A DNA stretch of 57,781 nucleotides from a virus (Duplodnaviria > Caudoviricetes), in IMG/VR virus record IMGVR_UViG_3300032326_000646, positions 1 through 57,781 of that record. One strand, given 5' to 3'. Made by a program: the position numbers and the translations under genes. Below are positions 46,197 through 56,953 of this stretch, piece after piece. Under the pieces are notes generated by a model. The model did not search any database. It was not told the DNA's origin and saw only the letters and a program-made list of their open reading frames with translations. Within the stretch, counting starts at the first letter, position 1; the number at the start of each line of letters is the position of its first letter.

Positions 46197-49100
46197 TGTT
46201 TGAAGATAAAGATTTACAAAATTTCTTAGAAACAGCACCTACGATAAAAAATAGGTCTATTATAACTGCTGAATGGAACATGAACATTCCTACAAATATT
46301 AAGCATATAGGAAACTATAGATATAGGCCAACACAAACAGGATCAGTTTACTCTTCTCTGCCCACAAGTTTTGATATCAATGACTCTGGTAATTTTTATA
46401 CTGATGCAACAGACGCAGATATTGTTGTAGATGGTCTATTTGATAATGATGATATTCCAACAACCCTTTTAAGCAAAAAAGAAAAAAATAAAATACTATA
46501 TTCTTTAGAAGATTGTTTTAGTCAGTTTAGGCCTAGATCTGGAATCAACAAGGCTGCATTTTTTGAAAATAGAAAACTCCACCATCCAAACTTATTTATG
46601 GCAGATAGACCTAGATACTATATGCCAGATAAAAATGATAAATTTAAATACTGGACATCATATAGAACTGAGTCTGGAAAAGAGTATGGAATTGCCTCGA
46701 TTGTAAGCGAGTCTCAGTACTCGATAGAAGATGCTGCCCCATTTGTTGTTTATAAAGAAAAAATTCCAACTAATAGAGTTGTAGTTAAAATGCAAACTCA
46801 TACAGGAACAGAAAATTTAGGTCCATTTTCATCTTCAACTGGCTCGTACTCTGATCCATTTTATGGAGAACTAAATCAAAGAACTCCTAATAAATGGAAG
46901 ATACAGTTTCTTAAAGATGGAAATTGGGAAAATGTTATATCTTTTAATTCAGCGTCAAGAAGGAAAGATGGCTCTTTAATAATTAAAAGTGATGGATATG
47001 TAGAAATTGCTTACGGTCTAATCATTCCAGACGAATGGCAAAGAAATTTTATATTTAAAGATACCTACACAAGCACAGCACTGCTTCCTGAGCAATCTAT
47101 TGTTGGGCATGCCTATTTAATTAAAATAAATAGCGATGATATAGGAATTTTTTACATTTGGAATGGAGAATCCTATACTGAGTTGACACCAAAATATGGC
47201 TGGTATGTACAAGATGAAACAGTAGATAGGCTAACAAACTTTGTTACAGATGCAACATCCCCAGATATTTTTCTAAAAAACATAGATAAAAAAATACAAT
47301 TTAGAGAATTTGAATATATTAGTGGAATTAGAATTGTTGTTGATACAATGAATACAAAAGATTCTACGTTTGATCTTATTGAGATTTCACCAAGACTGGT
47401 TCTTGATATTTCTGATAAAACTCTAGATTACTCTATAAATAAAAGCGCCTCAGATTTAGGAATTTCTGGTTTGCCAGTCGGACAACTTATAGCCTCTAAT
47501 GGAAATATAAATATTTTTGATCATGATCAAGCGTTTAATCCTAATAATAAAAATAGTATTGTTTCTAAATATATTTCAAGACATATACAATTTAAGTTTT
47601 ACGAAGTAATTGTCGATGTAAATGGATGGGATTACTATGTTCCAATAAAGACACTTTACTCTGACTCATTTCCAAAACAAGATTTAATGACAAAGCGTGT
47701 TTCTATAAACCTAAGAGATCTCTACTGGTACCTTGAATCAATTACTGCACCAGAAATTTTAATGACTGAAGTATCTGTTAGTTCAGCAGTTTCACTACTT
47801 CTAGACTATATTGGATTTTCAAACTATACATTTAAAAGAGTTCCAAATGAAAAAGAGATAGTTGTTCCTTATTTTTTTGTTGCACCAGAGAGCAGTGTGG
47901 CGCAGGTACTTCAAGATCTAGCAATATCAACACAGACTGCAATGTTCTTTGATGAATACAATAACTTTGTAATGATGAGTAAAAATTATATAATGCCAAC
48001 CATATCAGAAAGACCAACTACTTTTGCTTTAAAAGGAACTAAAGATTTTGTGCAGGATTTAGAGGTAAAAAATAAAACAAGTAATACAAAATTAGCAAAT
48101 ATTATTTCTGTTTCAACTCAAGAAAATTCGGTATATAATGATGGATCAATTAACTATAGTACAAGGTATATACAAAGGTCTATTGGCTCGCTCAGACAGG
48201 CAAGCCTTGTTGATGACGAAAGATATTATACATATAAGCCAGCACTTCTCTGGGAAGTATCTGGTACTCAAAATACAAAATCTATTAATAATGAGGTTGC
48301 AAATCAGTCAGCATATGTGCTAAGCGCAATACCGCTTAACTCAGATTTAACAGCAGATGTTCCAATGGTTAAAAATAATATTCTGATTAATAACACTTTT
48401 AGTTTAGGAGAAGCAGCGTACTGGATTACTAGATATAACGGATACTTTTATTCACAAGGAGAGATCATAAAGTATGATGCCGTTCAATATAATGTGTCTG
48501 GTTTTGGAAATGTTTGGATAACCTCTACAGAAGATTATCAAAACTATTTTTCAAAACTTCCATTTAATGGAAAAATATATCCAACTGGTCTTGTTAGGAT
48601 TTACTCTGAGCCAAAGTATTTTGAAAAAGATGGTGTAGTAAAGTTGCAAAATGGAAATGTGCAAAAGCATGGTCGTGGTCAGTTTGGAACAAGTATTGTT
48701 GCACATAGTGCTGGAATATCAAACTATTGGAAATCAGATGAAAATATAAAAGGCTGCTATATGTCATCAGAGTATTTGTTCCAAAAAGATCTACCCATAC
48801 CCGCAACAACTGTTGGTTCATCTGGAAAATTAACTGACTCTGGAATGTCTTCTGATGCTATTTCAAAAACATCTTCTAGAAGCGGAATCATTAAAAACTT
48901 TATGTCAACATCTTTCTTGGGAGAGGTCAGTACGGCAACAATTAATCAAAAGGGAACTATACAGTCTTCTGCGCTTTCTCTTACTGGTCCAAACTTTACT
49001 GCAAAAGAAAAGCCAAGAAATTTTATCTCGTATGTTCATAAATCTTTAGAAGATAATAAATATAAGCACTTTGGAACAAGAATGAGAATTGTCGGAAAAA

Positions 49101-50485
49101 TAGAAAATAGTTCTGACAGAGGGCAGACATCTAATGGATCTTCAACATACTATGTTGTTAATGGAAGCACACCAGATAAAAATATTAATATCTCTGGAGG
49201 TTCTGGCGGACTTGCCTTTATGATAAACTCATCAACAAATGTTGGATATTATTTTGAGATTGCAGCACTTGGTATAGGAAATCTTTCCAAAGAAGAAAGA
49301 GAAAGCGTAAGCAATGTTTTCTTTTATAAGATAAGGTCTGATAATGGAAAGGCAATACCAGTTAAGTTGTGGGAAGGCCTTGGAGAGATAACTGTAGATG
49401 ATGGTAAATTTACTGGTCAGGCAAGAATCGTGGCTGAAGAAAACCCTACGGTTTACGATCTTGCAGTTGAATACCAAGACATAGGAAAAATAAGAAGATT
49501 CTATTTATACCTAAATGGTAAAATAATTAAGACAGTTGATGATACAGATCCTCTACCAGTTTACTCTGGAATTGCACTATTCTCAAGAGGATCTTCAAGA
49601 ATAATGTTTGAGAATGTCTATGCTCTTTGCAATAACTATTCCCAAAATACAACATTTTCTCTAGGTGCTCCAGTTAACTCAGCATTTGGAGATTCAGATG
49701 TTGATGCAAATGAATCTTTTAGAAAGTATGCCCTAAGTGGTCTAATCCAAAACACATACTTGTCTGGAATTGGAACATCAGAAGCACCTAAGTATAATAT
49801 ATTCTTTGAAGAGTTTGGGTCAATAATGAGAGAAGCAGCGACATTTAATTTTAAGTATGATAAGGCGTTTCCAGCATTGACTGCAAAAATATCACCAACA
49901 TTTAATAAGATTAAGGGATATGTTGTTTCAGGTTTTAGGGCTGGATCTTACGGGGCAGAGTTTATTATCTTTAACGCAACTGATACAGCAATTAGTTTAG
50001 ATGAAACAACAGGAAACTATTTAAGAGTTCAGGGAGTAACTTTTACTCAGCAATCAGATAATAGATTGACAGTCGATGATTATTTTAGCAAAAATAGTTT
50101 AACATCAAATCCAGAATTTGTTGCAGAAAAATTAATTTCAAACCCCTACAAATTTAAACAAGACTATCAAGATATAAAATTAAGTAGGATGACTTATGGG
50201 AAAAAAGATTTTTCTTTAAATGCTCCATATATCCAATCTTATGATGAAGCAAATAGTTTAATGAAATGGCTTGTTGAAAAAATAACAAAACCAAGAAAGT
50301 CTGTTGGCGTACAGATATTTGCAATTCCAACATTGCAGTTAGGGGATATTGTTACTTTAGACTACGAGGAAAATGGAATAAATCTGGCCTCATCTCCATC
50401 AAGCAGATTCGTTGTGTATAATATAGACTATTCAAAGAGTTCAGATGGTCCAACAATGACGGTATTTTTAAGTGAGGTAGTTTAA
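46196..50485 (+). CDS. Large tail tip / baseplate hub protein
   Basis: QDLAISTQTAMFFDEYN and PTLQLGDIV motifs; TAATG coupling gives start 46196. Confidence 0.7.
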   Translation: MFEDKDLQNFLETAPTIKNRSIITAEWNMNIPTNIKHIGNYRYRPTQTGSVYSSLPTSFDINDSGNFYTDATDADIVVDGLFDNDDIPTTLLSKKEKNKILYSLEDCFSQFRPRSGINKAAFFENRKLHHPNLFMADRPRYYMPDKNDKFKYWTSYRTESGKEYGIASIVSESQYSIEDAAPFVVYKEKIPTNRVVVKMQTHTGTENLGPFSSSTGSYSDPFYGELNQRTPNKWKIQFLKDGNWENVISFNSASRRKDGSLIIKSDGYVEIAYGLIIPDEWQRNFIFKDTYTSTALLPEQSIVGHAYLIKINSDDIGIFYIWNGESYTELTPKYGWYVQDETVDRLTNFVTDATSPDIFLKNIDKKIQFREFEYISGIRIVVDTMNTKDSTFDLIEISPRLVLDISDKTLDYSINKSASDLGISGLPVGQLIASNGNINIFDHDQAFNPNNKNSIVSKYISRHIQFKFYEVIVDVNGWDYYVPIKTLYSDSFPKQDLMTKRVSINLRDLYWYLESITAPEILMTEVSVSSAVSLLLDYIGFSNYTFKRVPNEKEIVVPYFFVAPESSVAQVLQDLAISTQTAMFFDEYNNFVMMSKNYIMPTISERPTTFALKGTKDFVQDLEVKNKTSNTKLANIISVSTQENSVYNDGSINYSTRYIQRSIGSLRQASLVDDERYYTYKPALLWEVSGTQNTKSINNEVANQSAYVLSAIPLNSDLTADVPMVKNNILINNTFSLGEAAYWITRYNGYFYSQGEIIKYDAVQYNVSGFGNVWITSTEDYQNYFSKLPFNGKIYPTGLVRIYSEPKYFEKDGVVKLQNGNVQKHGRGQFGTSIVAHSAGISNYWKSDENIKGCYMSSEYLFQKDLPIPATTVGSSGKLTDSGMSSDAISKTSSRSGIIKNFMSTSFLGEVSTATINQKGTIQSSALSLTGPNFTAKEKPRNFISYVHKSLEDNKYKHFGTRMRIVGKIENSSDRGQTSNGSSTYYVVNGSTPDKNINISGGSGGLAFMINSSTNVGYYFEIAALGIGNLSKEERESVSNVFFYKIRSDNGKAIPVKLWEGLGEITVDDGKFTGQARIVAEENPTVYDLAVEYQDIGKIRRFYLYLNGKIIKTVDDTDPLPVYSGIALFSRGSSRIMFENVYALCNNYSQNTTFSLGAPVNSAFGDSDVDANESFRKYALSGLIQNTYLSGIGTSEAPKYNIFFEEFGSIMREAATFNFKYDKAFPALTAKISPTFNKIKGYVVSGFRAGSYGAEFIIFNATDTAISLDETTGNYLRVQGVTFTQQSDNRLTVDDYFSKNSLTSNPEFVAEKLISNPYKFKQDYQDIKLSRMTYGKKDFSLNAPYIQSYDEANSLMKWLVEKITKPRKSVGVQIFAIPTLQLGDIVTLDYEENGINLASSPSSRFVVYNIDYSKSSDGPTMTVFLSEVV

Positions 50486-51030
50486 TGACAACAGGGGCAA
50501 CTCCAAATCTTCCAGATCCACAAATAATAATTGATAATCGGTCAGTAAAAATTGCTACTCCTGATTTAATTATAAGAGATGAAGAAGAAATGTCTATTGA
50601 TATAATGACAGATCTAATATTTGAAGACATTGGTGGGCAAGAACTTGCAACAATTTCTAGACATGATCTAGTCAACGGTCAAAAAATATTGTATAGTCCA
50701 ATAAAAAACTTAACTGATCTTTACTTACAATATAATCCTAATAATATTTTAAGACTTTATTCATCAGATTCATACTTTAAATCTCTTTCTCTTTCTATTC
50801 TCGATCATTTGCCCGAATGCGGTAATGGATACGATCTGATTGAAAAAGAAGGGGAACCAGACAAAACTAAATGGACTAAGGTTCCAAACTGTAAGTCAGT
50901 ATACATAGACCCAATAACAGGAGACTTAGTGATTAATTTAATTAATGTAAAAGATGGCGAGCAAGCAGAAGTTCAAATATTGACCAGTGGTAAAACGTTT
51001 AATGATACAATATATAGTGGAGGAAACTAA
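50485..51030 (+). CDS. Minor tail protein
   Basis: Coupled ORF in the tail-tip operon. Confidence 0.55.
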   Translation: MTTGATPNLPDPQIIIDNRSVKIATPDLIIRDEEEMSIDIMTDLIFEDIGGQELATISRHDLVNGQKILYSPIKNLTDLYLQYNPNNILRLYSSDSYFKSLSLSILDHLPECGNGYDLIEKEGEPDKTKWTKVPNCKSVYIDPITGDLVINLINVKDGEQAEVQILTSGKTFNDTIYSGGN

Positions 51031-52397
51031 TGATAACTAATACAGGCAAAAACATCTTAGCCAAATATCTTGTTGGACAAACGCCGTCGTATGCATCTCA
51101 CATAGCCGTTGGATGTGGTCCAAAGCCAATTATTTCAGATGGGGTACTTGGGGACTACTCAAACAAAACTTCTCTTGATTTTGAAATGTTTCGTGTTCCC
51201 ATAATTTCTCGTGGATTTGTAGATGAAGGCGGAGTATCCAAGGTTGTATTAACAGCAGAACTTCCAACAGAAGAAAGGTATGAGATTACAGAAGTTGGTA
51301 TATTTTCTGCAGCATCTAACCCTGCTGCTGGATCATTTGATAGCAAAAATATTTATTCTTTTTCTGAGTTAGAATCTTGGAAATATTCTTCCCAAGGAAC
51401 ACAAATACCTTCAATCTATGAGCCACTAGATGATCGTGTTGTTAAAATAGTTAATGCAACAATTTCTTCTCGAACCCCTTCAGGATCTACTTTAACATAT
51501 ACTACCGATGCAGAGCATGGACTAACGATGGGAACAAGAATATCCATATCTGGAATTAGTCCAACAGTATTTAATTTATCAGATGTGACTATTGAGACTG
51601 TGCCAACAGCAACTTCTTTCACAGTTGTTTCTTCTACTAGTTTAACAGGAACATTTGTTTCTTCTGGTTATTTAATTAATGATGTTGATACAAATATAAT
51701 TAATCAGGTTTATCCAGTATTTCAAACAAATGCAGATAATAAAATATTTACAAACTCAAATAGAGTTAACAGATATGAAAGATGCAGATTCTTAAATAAT
51801 ATTTTTGCAATATCTGGAAACAATGCAAACATATCAATAAACCAAAATGGAAATTTAACAGCCGAATCAGGATCCAACTTTATACAATTAACAAATACCT
51901 CTGTTGACTTTAGCAAAAACTCTCCAACAGATGAATTAAGACTTGCATTTTCTGTTGTTAACAAAGTTGGATCAGCAGTTACACTTCCAAAGTCAGTAAG
52001 AATCATAGTTGAATTTTCATCTACGGGTAGTTTTAAAACTGGCAAATGGGCAATCTTTGAAGCAGTTGTTGATGACACCAATAATAATTTTGCAACTAAT
52101 AGATATTTTGTTGTTTCAAAACAACTTCAGCAACTACAAAAAAGTGCTGAATTTTCTTGGGCAGAAGTAAACAGTGCAAGAATTTATGTTTCTGTCATAA
52201 AGGATGGTAGCACAACTCCAACTTCAGATTTTTATGTTTGCCTAGATGGACTTAGACTTGAAAATGTTACATCTAATAATTCTTTGTATGGACTAACAGG
52301 ATATTCAGTTGTAAAAACTTTAGAAGCAAAAACAATCATTAAATCAGCAAACACAACAAACTATATTGAGTTTAGATTTGGCTTGGATGTGGTATAG
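51030..52397 (+). CDS. Minor tail/baseplate protein
   Basis: MITNTGKNILAKY...HIAVGCG...ITEVGIFS collar-like N-terminus. Confidence 0.6.
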   Translation: MITNTGKNILAKYLVGQTPSYASHIAVGCGPKPIISDGVLGDYSNKTSLDFEMFRVPIISRGFVDEGGVSKVVLTAELPTEERYEITEVGIFSAASNPAAGSFDSKNIYSFSELESWKYSSQGTQIPSIYEPLDDRVVKIVNATISSRTPSGSTLTYTTDAEHGLTMGTRISISGISPTVFNLSDVTIETVPTATSFTVVSSTSLTGTFVSSGYLINDVDTNIINQVYPVFQTNADNKIFTNSNRVNRYERCRFLNNIFAISGNNANISINQNGNLTAESGSNFIQLTNTSVDFSKNSPTDELRLAFSVVNKVGSAVTLPKSVRIIVEFSSTGSFKTGKWAIFEAVVDDTNNNFATNRYFVVSKQLQQLQKSAEFSWAEVNSARIYVSVIKDGSTTPTSDFYVCLDGLRLENVTSNNSLYGLTGYSVVKTLEAKTIIKSANTTNYIEFRFGLDVV

Positions 52398-52828
52398 TGG
52401 CAGATCCAGGAATAAAAAACATTATTATAAAAAAAGAATTTTTAGGAAAGGTTACATCAGAAAACAATAGAGCAGTAAGATTTAGACTTGTTTCTGAGGA
52501 TAAAAATAGAAAATCTGCTTGGTCTCAAATATTCTTAGTTAATTCTGAAGCAGTTAAAGTACTATCAGGTGATTTAAATATTGTTGGAAATACAATAATC
52601 GTTAATTGGTCTAAAGGATCAACCACCTCTACCCAAGAGATGTATGATATTTTTGTTTCGTTTGATGGCGGAGAATACTCAAATGTTGGTGTTTCTATTG
52701 GAACAAGTTATTCATTTTTAAAAACTGGCACTTCATCAGTTAGAGTCTTGGTGCAGGTAGCATCCATCAATCCATCAATAAAGCCTGCTCTTAAGGTTTA
52801 TGATTCTGGAGTTAGGTCTCTGGTATAA
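52397..52828 (+). CDS. Minor tail protein (FN3-like)
   Basis: SAWSQIF, VNWS, YDIFVSFDGG. Confidence 0.5.
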   Translation: MADPGIKNIIIKKEFLGKVTSENNRAVRFRLVSEDKNRKSAWSQIFLVNSEAVKVLSGDLNIVGNTIIVNWSKGSTTSTQEMYDIFVSFDGGEYSNVGVSIGTSYSFLKTGTSSVRVLVQVASINPSIKPALKVYDSGVRSLV

Positions 52829-52835
52829 TTATAGT

Positions 52836-53279
52836 ATGGCTATTTTACCTGTACCAGAAAGAGGACAACCTTTAGATGTAACATACATTTATCAGATTGT
52901 TAAGGCTGTTAATGATTTATCTACCCAGATATCTCCATCAAACTATAAGTATGTCACTGTAGACACACCAACATCGGGAAAGCAAAGTGTAAAGGCCTCA
53001 GAAGCCCGTATAATCGGTGGATATGTTCAGGTTACAACAAGTACAACACAAACAGCAGGATCATCTAAGCCATTCTCTTATGCTTTTGGAACAGACTTTA
53101 AGTTTGCACCAGTAGTTACGGCAACCCCTATAAATATTGGAAGTACAGACGCTGGAAAAGATGTCACAGTAACAATTAATAGCATATCAACTTCAAGAAT
53201 AGAAGGAACAGTTAAATTTAATACTGGTGGAGACACAAGTATTGGCATTAACCTTATTATAGTTGGAATACCTAACTAA
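52836..53279 (+). CDS. Minor tail protein (H-type lectin/gp53-like C-terminus)
   Basis: FKFAPVVTATP...INLIIVG; leaderless ATG 52836. Confidence 0.55.
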   Translation: MAILPVPERGQPLDVTYIYQIVKAVNDLSTQISPSNYKYVTVDTPTSGKQSVKASEARIIGGYVQVTTSTTQTAGSSKPFSYAFGTDFKFAPVVTATPINIGSTDAGKDVTVTINSISTSRIEGTVKFNTGGDTSIGINLIIVGIPN

Positions 53280-53470
53280 TGTTATCATGCAAAAAATGCA
53301 AAGGTAGAATGTTTATAGATAGACAATATACTGAGATTAACCACTTAGAAGTATATTGCATGAGTTGTGGAATTAGAGTATTTTTTCATCCACCTAGTCA
53401 CACTTTGGAGGGACAATGGTTACTAAAAAGGGAACTATTGAGAGCGAAAAATACAATGAGTCACCTGTAA
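53279..53470 (+). CDS. Zinc-ribbon protein
   Basis: CKKC...CMSCG. Confidence 0.65.
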   Translation: MLSCKKCKGRMFIDRQYTEINHLEVYCMSCGIRVFFHPPSHTLEGQWLLKRELLRAKNTMSHL

Positions 53471-53958
53471 TACCAGGAAATAAAAAAGTTTGGTTTCTTA
53501 ACGGAGACCTTGTTAGGATACATCATTATAATCATTCTAACGGAATAATGTCTGTTTATAATATTACAAAAGATCAAATTGAAAGTTGTTTTATTAGTGA
53601 TTTTAAAAGTAAAAGAGAAAGAGCATACACAGTTGGTCAGACTGCTGATCTAGTTAATCGTCATAAAAAATACATGCCATCATTAATGAAACGAGGAGTC
53701 ATTCCATTTCCAACAGGATCTCAAAAAGGTGGTGCTAGAGGATTTCAAGTTAGATCTTATTACTCTGAATCGCAGGTAAAGGAGATTCGTGATATACTTG
53801 CTTCATACCATATTGGTAGACCAAGAAAAGACAAGTTAATAACAAATGATATTACGCCCAGCAAACAAGAGTTGACACGTAGAATGGGCGATGGTATACT
53901 TACTTATAGGAAAACAGAAGATGGTCGGTTTGTTCCAATCTGGAATGAATCTATTTAG
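53416..53958 (+). CDS. MerR-like HTH DNA-binding protein
   Basis: YTVGQTADLVNRH...GVIP...RSYYSESQV; GGAGG SD. Confidence 0.6.
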   Translation: MVTKKGTIESEKYNESPVIPGNKKVWFLNGDLVRIHHYNHSNGIMSVYNITKDQIESCFISDFKSKRERAYTVGQTADLVNRHKKYMPSLMKRGVIPFPTGSQKGGARGFQVRSYYSESQVKEIRDILASYHIGRPRKDKLITNDITPSKQELTRRMGDGILTYRKTEDGRFVPIWNESI

Positions 53959-53971
53959 CGAAGGGTATAAA

Positions 53972-54181
53972 ATGGAAAACGAACCAACAAAGGTATCTGT
54001 AACACTTGGATACACACTTAACCTAGGAAATTTTCAATCACTAAGGCTTGATCTTGGGGTTGTTGACAGTTCACGCAATGGAGAGACAGTAGATCAGTCT
54101 TTTGAGCGTGTGTATAAATTTGTTGAAGATAAACTTACGGCAAAGATTCTTGAAGCCCAAAACGAGGCTGAAGAGAAGTAA
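53972..54181 (+). CDS. Hypothetical protein
   Basis: VTLGYTLNLGNFQSLRLD; start moved to ATG 53972. Confidence 0.6.
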   Translation: MENEPTKVSVTLGYTLNLGNFQSLRLDLGVVDSSRNGETVDQSFERVYKFVEDKLTAKILEAQNEAEEK

Positions 54182-54489
54182 TGGCTGAACGCAAAGACCG
54201 CATGGCTTTGCTTTCAAGATACAGCAAGTATCATACCGAAAGGTACGAATCAAAGCCATCCCTAAACCTTAATGTAGAGCAATGGGCTTCAGATGCTCTT
54301 GTTGAATCATATACGTTACCAGGATGCTACGATATACTTGAATATTACTTTTTAGTTGCAGAGAATCCGTCTTGGAACTATTTTGCATACAACGCAGAAA
54401 AAATATTGCAGGCACAAAAAGATAAAATTAAAGATACAGAAGAGAGAGCAGAGCGTAGACGAATGGCAAAGGAGTGGCTAAGTGAATAA
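54181..54489 (+). CDS. Hypothetical protein upstream of the helicase
   Basis: Coupled ORF. Confidence 0.6.
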   Translation: MAERKDRMALLSRYSKYHTERYESKPSLNLNVEQWASDALVESYTLPGCYDILEYYFLVAENPSWNYFAYNAEKILQAQKDKIKDTEERAERRRMAKEWLSE

Positions 54490-55702
54490 TACAGAGGCAA
54501 AACTACTTACGGCTGTTTTAAAAGATAAGCAAATTCATGTTCTTCTTCAGGCTAATGTTGATAATCTTTTAAGAACTCATGGAGACATCTGGAACTTTGT
54601 TCGACTATACTTTGAAAATAACTCAGTTCTTCCACCAGCAGAATTGGTTACCGAAAAGTTTAGAGACTTTGAACCAGTTAATGGTGTGGGTGCAACAAAA
54701 CACCACCTTGAAGAACTTCAGGGTGAATATTTAACGGATAGTCTAAAAGATATAATTAGATCTGCAGCATCTGAGATTCAAAATAATAATGGAACTGTTG
54801 CACTTAATGAACTAATCACAAAAACTTCAGAACTGAAAAAGAATACTGCTGCAATTCGTGATATTGATGTTACAGACCTTGAGTCTGCTATCGCCTATTT
54901 TGAGAATGTTAAAAAGCAGCAAGCACTTGGCCTATCTGGGATTAAGACAGGTCTTCCAGGATTTGATAACTATCTACCTTCTGGAATTATGCCAGGACAA
55001 CTTGGGGTGTTTCTTGCTTATCCAGGTATTGGAAAGTCTTGGCTTGCACTTTACTTTGCTGTTCAAGCATGGAAGCAGGGAAAGTCTCCTATGATTATCT
55101 CACTTGAAATGTCTGAGACAGAAGTTCGCAACCGTGTATTTACAATTATGGGTGAGGGTCGTTGGTCACACAGAAAAATTAGCAATGGAGAGATTGAGAT
55201 TGACATGCTAAAGGATTGGCATGCAAAAAATCTTGCAGGCAAGCCAGAATTTCACATCATTTCAAATGATAGCGGTGGAGAAATTAATCCATCAGTACTT
55301 CGTGGAAAGATCGATCAGTATAAGCCAGACTTTGTAATCGTTGACTACCTTCAGTTAATGGCTCCTAATCAGAAGTCAGATAACGAAACGGTACGAATGA
55401 AGAACCTTTCACGAGAACTTAAACTAATGGCTATTGGCGAAGAGGTTCCAATTATTGCTATCTCATCTGCTACACCAGATGATGTTAATGACCTCTCTAC
55501 AGTCCCTACACTGGGTCAAACAGCGTGGTCTAGACAGATTGCTTACGATGCTGACTGGGTGCTTGCATTAGGCCGTGGTACAAATAGTGACATTATTGAG
55601 TGTGCATTTAGAAAAAACCGTAATGGGTTTATGGGAGATTTCTTGGTTCAGTGTGACTTTGACAAGGGATATTACAGATATAAAGACTTTGAAGATAAGT
55701 AG
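54482..55702 (+). CDS. dnaB: DnaB-like replicative helicase
   Basis: Walker A YPGIGKS, SLEMS, VDYLQLM, KNRNG. Confidence 0.92.
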   Translation: MNNTEAKLLTAVLKDKQIHVLLQANVDNLLRTHGDIWNFVRLYFENNSVLPPAELVTEKFRDFEPVNGVGATKHHLEELQGEYLTDSLKDIIRSAASEIQNNNGTVALNELITKTSELKKNTAAIRDIDVTDLESAIAYFENVKKQQALGLSGIKTGLPGFDNYLPSGIMPGQLGVFLAYPGIGKSWLALYFAVQAWKQGKSPMIISLEMSETEVRNRVFTIMGEGRWSHRKISNGEIEIDMLKDWHAKNLAGKPEFHIISNDSGGEINPSVLRGKIDQYKPDFVIVDYLQLMAPNQKSDNETVRMKNLSRELKLMAIGEEVPIIAISSATPDDVNDLSTVPTLGQTAWSRQIAYDADWVLALGRGTNSDIIECAFRKNRNGFMGDFLVQCDFDKGYYRYKDFEDK

Positions 55703-55714
55703 TTATAATATGGT

Positions 55715-56071
55715 ATGTCAAAAAGTAGTGCTACCACTTATAATTCTTATCACCATAAGTCTATTAAGCGCTTCTGCCTTGACGGAGTAATATACGATGA
55801 TTCGATGATCGGAAGGCTCAAAGAAGAGTATATAAGATTATTAATATCAGAAATGAAATTAAGTGGATATGTGCCAAGAATTGATCTTGACCCAGACTTC
55901 ACAATACGGTATAATGATATAAAGAACTATTTTGAATTTGAATTATCAATACACGCAGTATACACAGGGAAAAGGAAGAGCGAATGGATAGCAGGAATAG
56001 ACGGAGCCAAACCCATCTTTATTCCGCAGAGCAAGTCAAGCGAGTCCTTACAGGATCGGGTGTTACCGTAG
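55715..56071 (+). CDS. Hypothetical protein
   Basis: ORF between helicase and primase with TATAAT just upstream. Confidence 0.6.
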   Translation: MSKSSATTYNSYHHKSIKRFCLDGVIYDDSMIGRLKEEYIRLLISEMKLSGYVPRIDLDPDFTIRYNDIKNYFEFELSIHAVYTGKRKSEWIAGIDGAKPIFIPQSKSSESLQDRVLP

Positions 56072-56928
56072 AGTCTGAACTTGATGCAGACTTTATGATA
56101 TTTTGCCCATTTCACAATAACCACAGAACACCAGCAGGAGAGGTACAAAAAGATAGCGGAATGTTCTTTTGTTTTTCTTGTCAAAAATCTGCAGACCTTA
56201 TAGAGTTAGTTATGCACACTTCTGGTAGAACATATTTTGAATCTGCAAGATTTATAAAGAGTAAGGAAAAGTTAACTAATCTTACTACAGAAATTGACAA
56301 GGTTCTTATAAAAGAAGAAACCTATAAAACTTTTGACGAACTTATTATTAAAAGATTACATAATAATTTGGTTGCTTCAGAAAGAGCAAAAAATTATTTT
56401 ACATATAGAAAAATTGAAAAGCCGTCTTGCCTGAAGTTCTCATTGGGCTACTCAGAAAAGCAAGACATGGTAACTGTTCCAGTACATAGTCCAGACGGAA
56501 TTCCTCTAGGCTTTGTTGGCAGATCTATTGAAGGAAAAGATTTTAAGAATACACCAGGACTCCCAAAGAGCAAGACATTGTTTAACCTGCACAGAGTTAA
56601 GAAATCTGATAGAGTATATGTGGTGGAATCATCGTTTGATGCAATCAGGCTTGACCAGGTTGGACTCCCAGCAGTAGCAACACTTGGTGCAAATGTATCA
56701 AGCACACAAATAGAATTGCTTCAGAAGTATTTCAATAACATTATTGTTGTTGCTGATAATGATGAGGCAGGAGGAAACATGAAAGATAGAATAGTTGAAA
56801 AACTTTCTAGCCGTGTTTCTGTTATTAAACTAAATAATCAGTATAAGGATATTGGAGATATGCCAGACGAAGAACTTAGAAACTTAGAGTTTCAGTTTGA
56901 CAAATCCATATCGCTTATGCTAAACTAA
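55984..56928 (+). CDS. dnaG: DNA primase (CHC2 zinc finger + TOPRIM)
   Basis: CPFH...CFSC; VVESSFD; DNDEAG; KDIGD. Confidence 0.9.
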   Translation: MDSRNRRSQTHLYSAEQVKRVLTGSGVTVESELDADFMIFCPFHNNHRTPAGEVQKDSGMFFCFSCQKSADLIELVMHTSGRTYFESARFIKSKEKLTNLTTEIDKVLIKEETYKTFDELIIKRLHNNLVASERAKNYFTYRKIEKPSCLKFSLGYSEKQDMVTVPVHSPDGIPLGFVGRSIEGKDFKNTPGLPKSKTLFNLHRVKKSDRVYVVESSFDAIRLDQVGLPAVATLGANVSSTQIELLQKYFNNIIVVADNDEAGGNMKDRIVEKLSSRVSVIKLNNQYKDIGDMPDEELRNLEFQFDKSISLMLN

Positions 56929-56953
56929 TACAAACACACAAAGGAGAAAAAAT

